Shown here piece by piece: positions 18,949 to 29,287 of a stretch of DNA of 64,000 nt. Below the pieces are notes generated by a model. The model did no database searches and was not told the origin of the DNA. It saw only the letters and a list, made by a program, of their open reading frames with translations. The translations under genes and the position numbers were made by a program. The stretch is taken from NCBI GenBank assembly GCA_934167755.1, contig CAKPLT010000009.1, forward strand, positions 369 to 64,368, in the 5' to 3' direction. Positions within the stretch are counted from its first letter, which is position 1, and the number at the start of each line of letters is the position of its first letter. Source of the stretch: an uncultured Clostridia bacterium (GTDB lineage: Bacteria > Bacillota > Clostridia > TANB77 > CAG-508).

Positions 18949-20418
18949 ATGGAATTTAAAATGAAAAAAGTTAAAGAATTTGCAATAATAATACTAATGA
19001 TAACAATAATAAGTATATTAAGTATAAAAGTAGAAGCAACAACTGGAAAAATAAATTCAGAAACAGTAAATATGAGAAAAGAACCAAACACAAACTCAAC
19101 TATAATAGAACAATTAGACAAAAATAGTAAAGTAGAAATACTAGAACAAGAAAATGGTTGGTACAAAATAAAAGTGAGTGAAAAAAACATAACTGGATAT
19201 GTAAGTGAAAAACTTGTTGATGTTGAGAAAGATACTGCAGAGGCTCAAAATACAACAACAGTAGAAGTAACTCAAACAACACAAGAAAATACAAGTAATG
19301 AAACAAATATAGAAACGCCGATAACAGAAACAACAATAACAGAAAATCCGGTAGATGATGTAGAACCAACAACACAAACAATAGAAACTTCAACAGAAAT
19401 AAAAGAAAATAATCAATATAATTTAGTACAAGAAATGGAAATAAAAGCAATACCACTTGTAAATTCAAGAATTATAGCAAAAGTAAATGGAAAAATAAAT
19501 GTACTAGAAACAATAAATGATTGGTGTAGAATAGAAAATGATAAAGAAACAGGATGGATAAGAATAAATCATTTAAAAAAATCTATATCAAATGAGGAAC
19601 AACAACCAGTACAACAAGTAACAGAACAACCAGAAGAAAATAAACAACAAGAGCAAGTGTCAACTTCAACAGATACAACAAATACTTCAAAACCAAAAGA
19701 TGAAGAAAAAACAACATCAACAGTAAAAAGCATAAGCAAAACAGGATATGTAGATGCTGAAGGATTAGTAGTAAGAGAAGAAGCTTCAACATCAAGCAAG
19801 GAGTTAGACTGTTTATCAAGAAATCATAAAGTAGAAATAACGGGAGAAATAGATGGATGGTATCAAATTAAAATAAATGGAAAAACAGGATATGTATCAT
19901 CTAAATACATATCAGACCAGAAAACAGTTGAAACAACATCAAGAAGCGGAAGTACAATAAAAGCAGAAAATATTACACCAATGGAAGAACAACAAGAAAC
20001 AGCTAAAAGTGAAGAAAAATCTACAAGTTCAGCTTCATCTACAACTGAGGGAACATCAGTTGTAGAATATGCAAAACAATATCTAGGATGTAAATATGTT
20101 TCAGGAGGTTCATCACCAGAAAGTGGATTTGACTGTTCAGGATTTACATCATATGTGTATAAACAATTTGGCATTAGTTTAAGTAGGTCATCTAAAGGTC
20201 AGATAAATAATGGTGTGGCAGTAGAAAAAAGTAATTTACAACCAGGAGACATAGTAGTATTTAATAATTCTTCAAATACATCAATAGGTCATGTTGGAAT
20301 ATATATTGGAGGAAATAGTTTCATCCATGCAGCTAATCCAAAAGAAGGAGTTGTAATAACATCATTGTCGTCAAGTTATTATCAAAAAAGATATGTAGGA
20401 GCAAGGAGAGTAAAATAA
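18949..20418 (+). CDS. secreted SH3b-repeat NlpC/P60 cell-wall hydrolase
   Basis: Signal peptide, SH3b-like repeats (GWYKIK, GWIRIN, GWYQIKINGKTGYV), Thr/Glu-rich linkers, and C-terminal FDCSGF..GHVGIY. Confidence 0.85.
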   Translation: MEFKMKKVKEFAIIILMITIISILSIKVEATTGKINSETVNMRKEPNTNSTIIEQLDKNSKVEILEQENGWYKIKVSEKNITGYVSEKLVDVEKDTAEAQNTTTVEVTQTTQENTSNETNIETPITETTITENPVDDVEPTTQTIETSTEIKENNQYNLVQEMEIKAIPLVNSRIIAKVNGKINVLETINDWCRIENDKETGWIRINHLKKSISNEEQQPVQQVTEQPEENKQQEQVSTSTDTTNTSKPKDEEKTTSTVKSISKTGYVDAEGLVVREEASTSSKELDCLSRNHKVEITGEIDGWYQIKINGKTGYVSSKYISDQKTVETTSRSGSTIKAENITPMEEQQETAKSEEKSTSSASSTTEGTSVVEYAKQYLGCKYVSGGSSPESGFDCSGFTSYVYKQFGISLSRSSKGQINNGVAVEKSNLQPGDIVVFNNSSNTSIGHVGIYIGGNSFIHAANPKEGVVITSLSSSYYQKRYVGARRVK

Positions 20419-22899
20419 TTGAATAGACCAATTTTCATAATAGTAATTGGTTATATTATAGGTATAATATGGGGGCTATACTTACAAACAAGTATAGTTC
20501 CTTTTTATTTTTTGCTATTAATAATTTATATTATAATCAAATTACCATATCATAAAAAGAAATTTAAAATTTTTTCAATCAAAAGATATTTTAGATATAT
20601 CAAATTAATTTTCAAGTTAAATATTATTTTAACAATAATTATTTCATCACTTATTTCAAATATAATAATCAAATATAATGAGAGTAAATATGAAAATTTA
20701 TATAAAAATATAGAAAATTTGAAAGTTACAGGAATTGTAGTTAGTAATAAAATAGAAAAAGAATATTATAATAGATATAAAATAAAAGTAATAGAAGGTA
20801 AGTTTAAAAATACATATTTATATATTAATTCAAAAGAAGAATTAATATATGGAGATAAAGTAGATATAAATGGAGAATTTATTGAACCATCTAAAGCTAG
20901 AAACTATAAAGGATTTGATTACAAAGAATATTTAAAAACATTAAAGATATATGGAACTATAAAAGTAAAAAATATTAAGGTATTAGAAAAAAATAAAGCA
21001 AATATATTAATGCAAATTTCAAATAAAATATTTGAAAAAATTAAAGGAATCATAAAAAGTACATATAGTGAAAAAATTGCTAAAATTGTTATGGGAGTTA
21101 TGCTTGGATATACAGATGAAATTGATGACGAAATAAAACAAGATTTTTCGAATAGTAATATTTCACATGTACTTGCAGTATCAGGAATGCATATTTCGTA
21201 TATCATAATATTAGTTACAAAATCAACTAAGAAAATATTTGGCAAAAGGCAGAGTAAAATAATTGCTAGTATTGTTTTATTAATATATATGTTTATTACA
21301 GGATTTAGTATATCTGTTGTAAGAGCAAGCATTATGGGGATTTTAACTTGTATGGCATTTATAGTATATAGAAAAAGTGATACATTAAATAATATTTCAA
21401 TTTCAGCATTAATAATATTAATAAATAATCCATATAGTCTGAAAAGTTTGAGCTTTTTATTAACTTATGGAGGAACTTTAGGAATAATATATTTTGAACC
21501 AATTGTAGAAAAAATTTTAAAAGGCATAAAAATAAGAAATAGAAAATGGAAATATGTACTTCTTAGAATTCAAAGAAAGTGTAAAAACATAATTGAAGTA
21601 GTTTCAGTATCAATATCAGCTCAAGTTGCAATTGCACCAATAATGGCAATGAATTTTAATTCAATAGGAATAGGTTTTATATTAACAAATTTAATGTTAA
21701 GTTATATTATTGGCATAATTGTAATGGGAGGATTTGTTCAAATTTTAATATCAATGATTTCAATAAATGCGGGTACTGCAATTGCTAAAATAATTGAAAT
21801 ACCTGTTTATGGAATTCTTTTAATTTCAAAAATTAGTTTTGGAAATTTCAAAATTGTGACACCGGATTTATATCAAGTGGCAGTGTATTACATAGTTGTT
21901 TATTTATTTAGATTTTTATATCAAATTTTTCATTCTAAAAATTGTAATCCAACACAAAAAAGAGTTAAAAATACAATATATTTAGTAAAATATAAACTTA
22001 GACCGTATTTTTCAAAAATCATAATATTTTTCTTAATTATAGTACTATTAATATGTGGCTTCAAAAAAATTCCTCATGATTTAAAAATTTATTTTATAGA
22101 TGTTGGACAAGGGGATAGTACATTGATAGTAACGCCTAATAATAAAACGATTTTAATTGATGGAGGTGGAAGCAAGACATATGATGTTGGAAAAAATACT
22201 TTAGAACCATATTTACTTGATAGAAAAATAAAAAAGATAGACTATGCAATAATTAGTCATTATGACCAAGACCACTGTGATGGAGTTCTTTATATTTTGC
22301 AAAATATGAAGGTGAAAAATGTAATAATAGGAAAACAGATAAAAGATTCAGATAATTATAGTAAATTTATCAGAATAGTAAAAGAAAAAGGTATAAGTGT
22401 GCATATTGTAAGTGCTGGTAAAAGATTAAATATAGAAAAAGATTTGTATTTTGATATATTATGGCCTGACATGAATAACACAATTAATGAAAATGTACTA
22501 AATAATAATTCATTAATTTGTAAATTAGTATATAAAGAATTTTCAATGCTTTTCACAGGAGATATAGAAGAAATTGCTGAAAAAGCAATTTTGAAAAAAT
22601 ATAAAGATTCTAAATTATTAAAATCAACAATATTAAAAGTTGCTCATCATGGTTCTAAAACATCAAGTTCAAAGGAGTTTATAAGTGCTGTACAACCACA
22701 AATAGCTTTAATTGGTGTTGGAATAAACAACAAATTTGGACATCCAAGTGATATAACTATAGAAAACTTAAAAGATATAAAATGTAAGATATATAGAACA
22801 GATAAAGATGGAGAAATAAGTATAAATGTGAATAATAATAAAATGTTAATATTCCAAAAGCTTAAATGTATAAAAAATACAATTTTGGTAAATAATTAA
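20419..22899 (+). CDS. comEC: DNA internalization competence protein ComEC/Rec2
   Basis: Polytopic core plus a C-terminal metallo-beta-lactamase domain (HYDQDHCDG). The TTG start abuts the previous stop. Confidence 0.85.
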   Translation: MNRPIFIIVIGYIIGIIWGLYLQTSIVPFYFLLLIIYIIIKLPYHKKKFKIFSIKRYFRYIKLIFKLNIILTIIISSLISNIIIKYNESKYENLYKNIENLKVTGIVVSNKIEKEYYNRYKIKVIEGKFKNTYLYINSKEELIYGDKVDINGEFIEPSKARNYKGFDYKEYLKTLKIYGTIKVKNIKVLEKNKANILMQISNKIFEKIKGIIKSTYSEKIAKIVMGVMLGYTDEIDDEIKQDFSNSNISHVLAVSGMHISYIIILVTKSTKKIFGKRQSKIIASIVLLIYMFITGFSISVVRASIMGILTCMAFIVYRKSDTLNNISISALIILINNPYSLKSLSFLLTYGGTLGIIYFEPIVEKILKGIKIRNRKWKYVLLRIQRKCKNIIEVVSVSISAQVAIAPIMAMNFNSIGIGFILTNLMLSYIIGIIVMGGFVQILISMISINAGTAIAKIIEIPVYGILLISKISFGNFKIVTPDLYQVAVYYIVVYLFRFLYQIFHSKNCNPTQKRVKNTIYLVKYKLRPYFSKIIIFFLIIVLLICGFKKIPHDLKIYFIDVGQGDSTLIVTPNNKTILIDGGGSKTYDVGKNTLEPYLLDRKIKKIDYAIISHYDQDHCDGVLYILQNMKVKNVIIGKQIKDSDNYSKFIRIVKEKGISVHIVSAGKRLNIEKDLYFDILWPDMNNTINENVLNNNSLICKLVYKEFSMLFTGDIEEIAEKAILKKYKDSKLLKSTILKVAHHGSKTSSSKEFISAVQPQIALIGVGINNKFGHPSDITIENLKDIKCKIYRTDKDGEISINVNNNKMLIFQKLKCIKNTILVNN

Positions 22900-22932
22900 T
22901 ACAAATTAAAGCTTTAGGGGGCTGATGTTTAT

Positions 22933-23532
22933 ATGAAAAATATAACTAAAATAATAATAGCAAGTATAATATCAGTAATTATTATAGCAAGTATAACATA
23001 TATAATATTTAACCAAAATAAAAATGAAGGGAAAATACCAGAGTCCAATACTTATACTTCAGAATTAGTAGAAGATGAATGTACAGAAGAATATGTAGAA
23101 GAGCAAAATACAACAGCAGTGACTTCAACAGAAGAAAAAGTTGCAGCAAATGCTATATTAATTTTAAAAAAATATTATGCGCAGTGTGACCACACAATAA
23201 ATGAATATGTTGAGTTACCACAAGAACTTGTAAATATGACTAAAGAAGAAGTACAATCTCATTACCCTGATTGGAAAGTGATTGGGTTTGAAAAAGGAAA
23301 AGTAACATTATACAAAGAATTTGATGATTTGTGTGGTGAACATTTTAAATTGAAGATCGAAGATGGAAAAGTTGTTGTTTATATGACAAATAAAGATGGA
23401 AGTGAAAGCCTATATGAAAAGACTAATATTTCAAGTGAATATCTTACTGAAACTGATTTGATTAATATGCAAGACGGATTAGAAATTTATGGTAAAGAAG
23501 AGTTAAATAAAGTTATAGAAGATTTTGAATAA
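22933..23532 (+). CDS. membrane-anchored protein with a BofC C-terminal-like domain
   Basis: N-terminal TM helix. HYPDWKVIGFEKGKVTLYKEFDDLCGEHFKLKIEDGKVVVY resembles the BofC C-domain pattern (from memory). Confidence 0.45.
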   Translation: MKNITKIIIASIISVIIIASITYIIFNQNKNEGKIPESNTYTSELVEDECTEEYVEEQNTTAVTSTEEKVAANAILILKKYYAQCDHTINEYVELPQELVNMTKEEVQSHYPDWKVIGFEKGKVTLYKEFDDLCGEHFKLKIEDGKVVVYMTNKDGSESLYEKTNISSEYLTETDLINMQDGLEIYGKEELNKVIEDFE

Positions 23533-23592
23533 AGTGTTATTGTATTTTAATATTTGATATGCTAAAATGAAGAAAAAAGTAATGGAGAAAAT

Positions 23593-24681
23593 ATGGAAAC
23601 AAAAGAATTATCAATAAAAGAAAAAATAGGTCAGATGGTTATGATAGGTCTCGATACAAACTACATAACAGATAGAATAAGAAACATGATACAAAACTAT
23701 AAAATTGGTGGAGTAATATTATATAGAAAAAATTTTTTTACATATCAAGATATGTTAAAATTAATAAAAGAATTAAAAGAATTAAATAAAGATAATAAAA
23801 TACCATTATTTATTGCAATAGATCAAGAAGGTGGAAGAGTAAACAGAATGCCTAAAGAGGTTAAAAATTTACCTTCTGCAAATCGTGTGGCAGCAGTCGG
23901 GGGACAAGAATTAGTATCAAAATCTGCAAATATAATAGGAGAAATTTTATATAAATCTGGAGTTAATTTGAATTTTGCACCTGTACTAGATATTAAAAGA
24001 TTTGAAGATAAAACAGCAATAGGAGATAGAAGTTATGGAATAGACAAAGAATTTGTAGCAAATTGTGGGATAGCTGCAATGAAAGCATTACAAAAAAATA
24101 ATATGGTGTCTGTAATAAAACATTTTCCAGGACATGGTGCAACAAAACAAGATTCTCATCATTTTTTGCCTATAATAAATAAACCAATGAAGAAACTTGA
24201 AGAAGAAGACATGTATCCATTTAAACAAGCAATAAGAAATGGAGCTGATGCAGTACTAGTAGGACATTTACTAATAACAAATGTTACTGGGATTTTTCCT
24301 GCATCATTATCAAGAAAATTTATAACAAAATATTTAAGAGTTAAATATAGATATAAAGGTTTAATAATAACAGATGATTTAAAAATGAAAGCTATAAAAT
24401 TTATGTATGGACCAAGTCTAGCAGTTAGAAAAGCTTTTGAGGCTGGAAATGACATTATTGTTTTTCGATTTAATAAAGATGAAGAACAAAAGGTTTTAGA
24501 TAAAATTATTAATTTAACAACAATAGGAAAAATAAAAGAAAGCAGAATTAATAAAAGTGTAAAAAGAATTATACAAACAAAACAAAAATATGGTATTTCT
24601 GATACAAAAGAGTTTAGTGGAGTAGATATTAATAAAATAAATGAAGAGATAGAAGAAATAAGAGAAAACTGTGAAATATAA
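23593..24681 (+). CDS. nagZ: beta-N-acetylhexosaminidase (GH3, NagZ-like)
   Basis: IDQEGGRVNR, KHFPGHG and ITDDLKM motifs. Confidence 0.85.
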   Translation: METKELSIKEKIGQMVMIGLDTNYITDRIRNMIQNYKIGGVILYRKNFFTYQDMLKLIKELKELNKDNKIPLFIAIDQEGGRVNRMPKEVKNLPSANRVAAVGGQELVSKSANIIGEILYKSGVNLNFAPVLDIKRFEDKTAIGDRSYGIDKEFVANCGIAAMKALQKNNMVSVIKHFPGHGATKQDSHHFLPIINKPMKKLEEEDMYPFKQAIRNGADAVLVGHLLITNVTGIFPASLSRKFITKYLRVKYRYKGLIITDDLKMKAIKFMYGPSLAVRKAFEAGNDIIVFRFNKDEEQKVLDKIINLTTIGKIKESRINKSVKRIIQTKQKYGISDTKEFSGVDINKINEEIEEIRENCEI

Positions 24682-24712
24682 AAATGAGTCTAAAAAATCA
24701 GACTCATTTTTA
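24681..24712. terminator. bidirectional terminator between convergent genes
   Basis: AATGAGTCT / AGACTCATT stem flanked by an A-run and a T-run. Confidence 0.55.
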
Positions 24713-24718
24713 TACATT

Positions 24719-26104
24719 TTATTCTTCCCAGAATGCTTTATAAGTTCTATAAGCAGAATAAACATCAAATTTACTTGTTACTTCATATGGTGCATGCATA
24801 GAAAGAACCGGAACACCACAATCAATAACATCAACACCTTTATTTGCTAAAATATAAGCAATAGTGCCTCCACCACCAACATCAACTTTACCAAGTTCAG
24901 AAATTTGATATCTAATATCATTTTTCTCTAATACTCTTCTAACCCATGCAACAAATTCTGCATTTGCATCAGAAGCACCAGATTTTCCACGAGCACCTGT
25001 ATATTTATTAAGACCAATACCGCGACCTAAAAATGCAGCATTGTTTTTATCAGAAACATTACCATAAAGTGGATCATAACCTGCATCAACATCTGCTGAA
25101 AGCATTCTAGAGAAACAGAATACTTTATCTAATAGATTTGGTCTATTTTCACCAGCTTTATTCAATAATTCAGAAACAAAGTAATCAAACATATGTGATT
25201 CCATACCAGTGTTTCCCATACTTCCAATTTCTTCTTTATCAGAAAGAATACATACAGCTGTTGTTTTAACATTATTTAAACTTATCATAGCAGACAAAGA
25301 TGTGTATGCACATATTTTGTCATCTTGACCATATGCAGCAACCATACTTCCATCAAATCCTAAAGAACGAGCTTTAAATGCTGGAACAACTTCTATTTCT
25401 GAACTTAAAAAGTCAGATTCTGTAATATTATATTTTTGATTTAAAATATTTAAAATATTTAATTTGATTTTTTCGCTACATTTTTCATCATCATAAGGTA
25501 TACTTCCAAGTAAAATTGCTAAATCTTCACCATCAATACCATTTTTTAATTTTTTCTCCATTTGGTCTTGAGCTAAATGTGGTAATAAATCTGTAATTGT
25601 AAATATTGGGTCATTTTCATCTTCACCAATGTTTATAGTAACTTTTTCTCCATTTGCTTTAACAATTACACCATGTAAACTTAGTGGGATTGTAGTCCAT
25701 TGATATTTTTTTATTCCTCCATAATAATGTGTTTTAAAATATGCAAATCCTGAATCTTCATATAAAGGATTTGGTTTTAAATCTAGTCTTGGAGAATCTA
25801 TATGAGCTCCAACTATTTGAAGACCATTTTCTAAAGGTTCTGTTCCAATAACAGCTAAATACATACTTTTTTCTCTGTTAATAAAATATACTTTATCACC
25901 AGGCATTAGAACATCATATGTTGAAATATCTTTGAAACCATTTGCCTCTGCTATTGATTTTGCAGTAACTACAGCTTCTCTTTCTGTTTTTGATTTGTTC
26001 ATAAAATTAATGTATCCATTACAATAAGAATAGATTTCTTCTTTTTCATGTGTGTCTATTTTTGACCATCCAGCTTCTTTTTTATTAAATAATTTTTCTT
26101 CCAT
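24719..26104 (-). CDS. M18-family aminopeptidase
   Basis: 461 aa with HIDSPRLDLKPNP and other metal-ligand regions typical of M18 aminopeptidases. Confidence 0.8.
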   Translation of the reverse strand: MEEKLFNKKEAGWSKIDTHEKEEIYSYCNGYINFMNKSKTEREAVVTAKSIAEANGFKDISTYDVLMPGDKVYFINREKSMYLAVIGTEPLENGLQIVGAHIDSPRLDLKPNPLYEDSGFAYFKTHYYGGIKKYQWTTIPLSLHGVIVKANGEKVTINIGEDENDPIFTITDLLPHLAQDQMEKKLKNGIDGEDLAILLGSIPYDDEKCSEKIKLNILNILNQKYNITESDFLSSEIEVVPAFKARSLGFDGSMVAAYGQDDKICAYTSLSAMISLNNVKTTAVCILSDKEEIGSMGNTGMESHMFDYFVSELLNKAGENRPNLLDKVFCFSRMLSADVDAGYDPLYGNVSDKNNAAFLGRGIGLNKYTGARGKSGASDANAEFVAWVRRVLEKNDIRYQISELGKVDVGGGGTIAYILANKGVDVIDCGVPVLSMHAPYEVTSKFDVYSAYRTYKAFWEE

Positions 26105-26377
26105 TTTATTTCTCTCTTCCTTTCTTAAGTATATGCTGATTTATCAGCTATTAATATTTTATTGTAGTATATCACTTTATGTTTTATTTTTCCATAGATT
26201 AAATAAAATATTCTATAAAAATTATTATGGATTTTGAATAATGGAAATTATATGATTTTTTGGTAATAAATGTTTATCAAATTTTGTCGAAAAATGTGTT
26301 GGAAAAGTAAGCACTTATTGATATAATAAACTTAACTATGTGTTTGTACAAAAATATAAAATTCAAAAGGTTGAGTA

Positions 26378-26644
26378 ATGTCAATTAAAGAAGAAAAACA
26401 AATGAAAATATTAAAAAAAGTAGTTACTATAATAATAATGATAATTTTATGTGGAATTTTATTTGCAAGTGGTGTAATATTAATAAATTCATATATTAGA
26501 CCAAATGAAGTTCCAGCTTTTTTTGGAGGGAAACCATTTATAGTATTATCAGGTTCAATGGAGACACAAATAATGACAGGGGATATTGCAGTTGTAAAAG
26601 ATGTTAATACTAATGAATTACAAGAACAAATTTATTTTCTATAA
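26378..26644 (+). pseudogene. truncated SipW-type signal peptidase I (N-terminal fragment only)
   Basis: TM anchor plus the catalytic Ser box VLSGSMETQIMTGDIAVV, ending at 88 aa. The downstream conserved boxes are absent and are followed by 380 nt of AT-rich non-coding DNA. Confidence 0.55.
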
Positions 26645-27027
26645 TTTCATTTATATTTTGATATTTAGGATTATCTTTTAAAATTAAATTCAAATTGACT
26701 ATAGTCTAAGGCAAAATAATTTTTCCTTAGACAAATTAGTTGATGGGGAGTCAGAAATCTTTAATATATATTGTAACAAAATCTTTTTTTTTGTTTTTCT
26801 AAAATTAATATGTTTGAACTTATCAAATTAAAAAATCTATCTATAACAACACTTCTAACAATTATTATATCAAAAAAAAATAATTAAAGTCTATTAATAA
26901 ATAAAAAAATTTAACAGTTATTGTTACAAGATAATGGTTTATTGTAATACTGTATTTACTGAACAGATATCCACTTTGTGCATAGTTTCAATATTATTGG
27001 AAAAAATATCAAAAAAGGAGGAGAATT

Positions 27028-28542
27028 ATGAGTTCGTTATGGATAGAAACGACAAAAGAAGAAATAAATCTAAAACCATTAGAAAGAGATGAGAAAACAG
27101 AAGTATGTATAATAGGAGCAGGATTATTTGGGCTAACAACAGCATATTATTTAACACAATGTGGAAAAAAAGTTATAGTTTTAGAAAAAGAAAATATAGG
27201 AGAAAAAGTAAGTGGAAACACAACAGGAAAAATTACAAGTTTGCATGACTTATTTTATGCACATTTAATTAATGATTATGGAGAAGAATATGCAAGAAAA
27301 TATTTGGAAGCAAATGAACAAGCAATAGAAAATATCAAGCAAATAATAGAAAAGGAACAGATTGAATGTGAATTTAGTCCTAAAAAAGCATATGTATATA
27401 CAACTAATGAAGATGAAGTTATAGAAATAGAAAAAGAAGTTGAAGCAGTTAATAAATTAGGAAAAAATGCGAAACTTGTTACAAACATAGGACTTCCTGA
27501 AAAAATAAAATGTGCAATAGAATTTGACAAACAAGCACAATTTCATCCAAGAAAATATATGTTAGGTTTAGCAAAAGCTATTTTAAGGCAAAATAAAATA
27601 TATAACTATACAACAGTAACAGATGTAGAAAAAGATGGGGAAAGTTATAATGTGTGCACAGATAAAGGAAATATAAAAGCAAAATATGTAATATTAGCAA
27701 CACATTTTCCAATAGTAAATATACCAGGATTTTATTTTCTAAAAATGTATCAAGCAACATCATATTTAATAGCAATAGAAACAAAAAGTAAGTTACCACA
27801 AGAAATGTATATAAATGTAAAAGAACCAGTATATTCATTTAGAACTGCAAATTATAATGGAAAAGAAATACTATTAATAGGTGGTGCAGGACATAAAACA
27901 GGAGAACCAATACCAGAAGAATCGTATTATGAAAAATTAGAGAAAAAGGCAAAAGAAATGTATCCAGACAGCAGAGTGCTATTTAAATGGAACACAAGAG
28001 ACTGCATTAGTTTAGATAAAATACCATATATTGGAGAATTTTCAAATCTAATGAAAAATATGTATGTAGGAACAGGATTTAAAAAATGGGGAATGACACT
28101 ATCAAATGTAGCAGCCAATATAGTAACTGATAAAATTACAGGAAAAGAGAATAAATTTGAAGAAATATTTACAGCAACAAGAATGAAAACAATAAAAAAT
28201 AGGTGGGAAGTTGAAAATATGCTAAAAGAAACAGTGAACTCAATAGCATTAAAGAAAATGAAAATTGACACATGGAATTTGGAAAAAATAGAAAATAATA
28301 ATGGTGCAATAATAGAAATAGATGGCAATAATGTTGGAATTTATAAAGACATAAATGGAAAAATATATGCAGTAAAACCAAACTGTTCACATTTAGGATG
28401 TTTACTATCTTGGAATAATACTGATAAGACTTGGGATTGCCCTTGTCATGGAAGTAGATATGATTATATGGGAAAGAATATCTATGAACCGGGTATTAAA
28501 AATTTAACATTAATGAGTGTTCCTATTGGTAAAAATTTGTAA
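27028..28542 (+). CDS. FAD-dependent oxidoreductase with a C-terminal Rieske 2Fe-2S domain (YhfW-like)
   Basis: N-terminal IIGAGLFGL dinucleotide fold and C-terminal CSHLGC..CPCHGS. Confidence 0.85.
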   Translation: MSSLWIETTKEEINLKPLERDEKTEVCIIGAGLFGLTTAYYLTQCGKKVIVLEKENIGEKVSGNTTGKITSLHDLFYAHLINDYGEEYARKYLEANEQAIENIKQIIEKEQIECEFSPKKAYVYTTNEDEVIEIEKEVEAVNKLGKNAKLVTNIGLPEKIKCAIEFDKQAQFHPRKYMLGLAKAILRQNKIYNYTTVTDVEKDGESYNVCTDKGNIKAKYVILATHFPIVNIPGFYFLKMYQATSYLIAIETKSKLPQEMYINVKEPVYSFRTANYNGKEILLIGGAGHKTGEPIPEESYYEKLEKKAKEMYPDSRVLFKWNTRDCISLDKIPYIGEFSNLMKNMYVGTGFKKWGMTLSNVAANIVTDKITGKENKFEEIFTATRMKTIKNRWEVENMLKETVNSIALKKMKIDTWNLEKIENNNGAIIEIDGNNVGIYKDINGKIYAVKPNCSHLGCLLSWNNTDKTWDCPCHGSRYDYMGKNIYEPGIKNLTLMSVPIGKNL

Positions 28543-28562
28543 AAAAAGTTTTCCAGAAATTG

Positions 28563-28591
28563 TTTACAAAAAATAGTAGTTTTGCTATAAT
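28563..28591 (+). promoter_or_regulatory. promoter TTTACA-17-TATAAT
   Basis: -35 at 28563-28568 and -10 at 28586-28591, upstream of ATG 28626. Confidence 0.45.
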
Positions 28592-28625
28592 TAAAATGTA
28601 TATGATAAACAAAGGAGAACTATAC

Positions 28626-29273
28626 ATGGAACACGAAAATCTAGATGAAAATGCAAAATACCTAGCAGCATGTGAAAATGTAAAAAAAATAGTAAATGCA
28701 ATAAAATCCATAAAAATAAAATATTATCCTAATTTTGCTAAAATTTCGGAAGCAGATAAAAAGGTATATGATGAATTAGAATTTAACTTAGAAAAAATAT
28801 CAGAAGATAATAACCTAAATAGACTAAAAACAGTGTTAATGGAAGAAGTTTCAGCAAAATATGATAAAAAAGATATGAACAATAATGAATCTAGAGATCC
28901 TAAATTTTTGGATAATAAATTATTAGCTTGTTATGGGGCAATTGATGCACAGCAAAAGGCATTATCGCAAGGTAAAATAAGTCAAGCTAGAAGGTGCCAA
29001 GATATATTGAAACAATACATGAGTGAAATAGATTCAATAGAATTTAAAAAAATAATAATTGATTATAAAAGAGAAAAAATTGGAGAATTAATCAGAGATA
29101 GAGAAATTATACAAAAAAGAATTAAAGAAACTATGCAATATATGAAAAGCTGTTATGAATCAGATGTGTCTGAAAGGCAACATGCAAGTGAACAAATACA
29201 AGAAGCGAAGAATAATTCGACAATGTTATTTAACAAAGCAAGAATGAACACAGATGAATTAGTATTAGGATAA
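28626..29273 (+). CDS. hypothetical helical protein
   Basis: ATG 28626 lies 8 nt after AAGGAG (the track ORF starts at 28560, inside the promoter). No recognisable motif. Confidence 0.55.
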   Translation: MEHENLDENAKYLAACENVKKIVNAIKSIKIKYYPNFAKISEADKKVYDELEFNLEKISEDNNLNRLKTVLMEEVSAKYDKKDMNNNESRDPKFLDNKLLACYGAIDAQQKALSQGKISQARRCQDILKQYMSEIDSIEFKKIIIDYKREKIGELIRDREIIQKRIKETMQYMKSCYESDVSERQHASEQIQEAKNNSTMLFNKARMNTDELVLG

Positions 29274-29287
29274 CATAGGAGGAAAGT

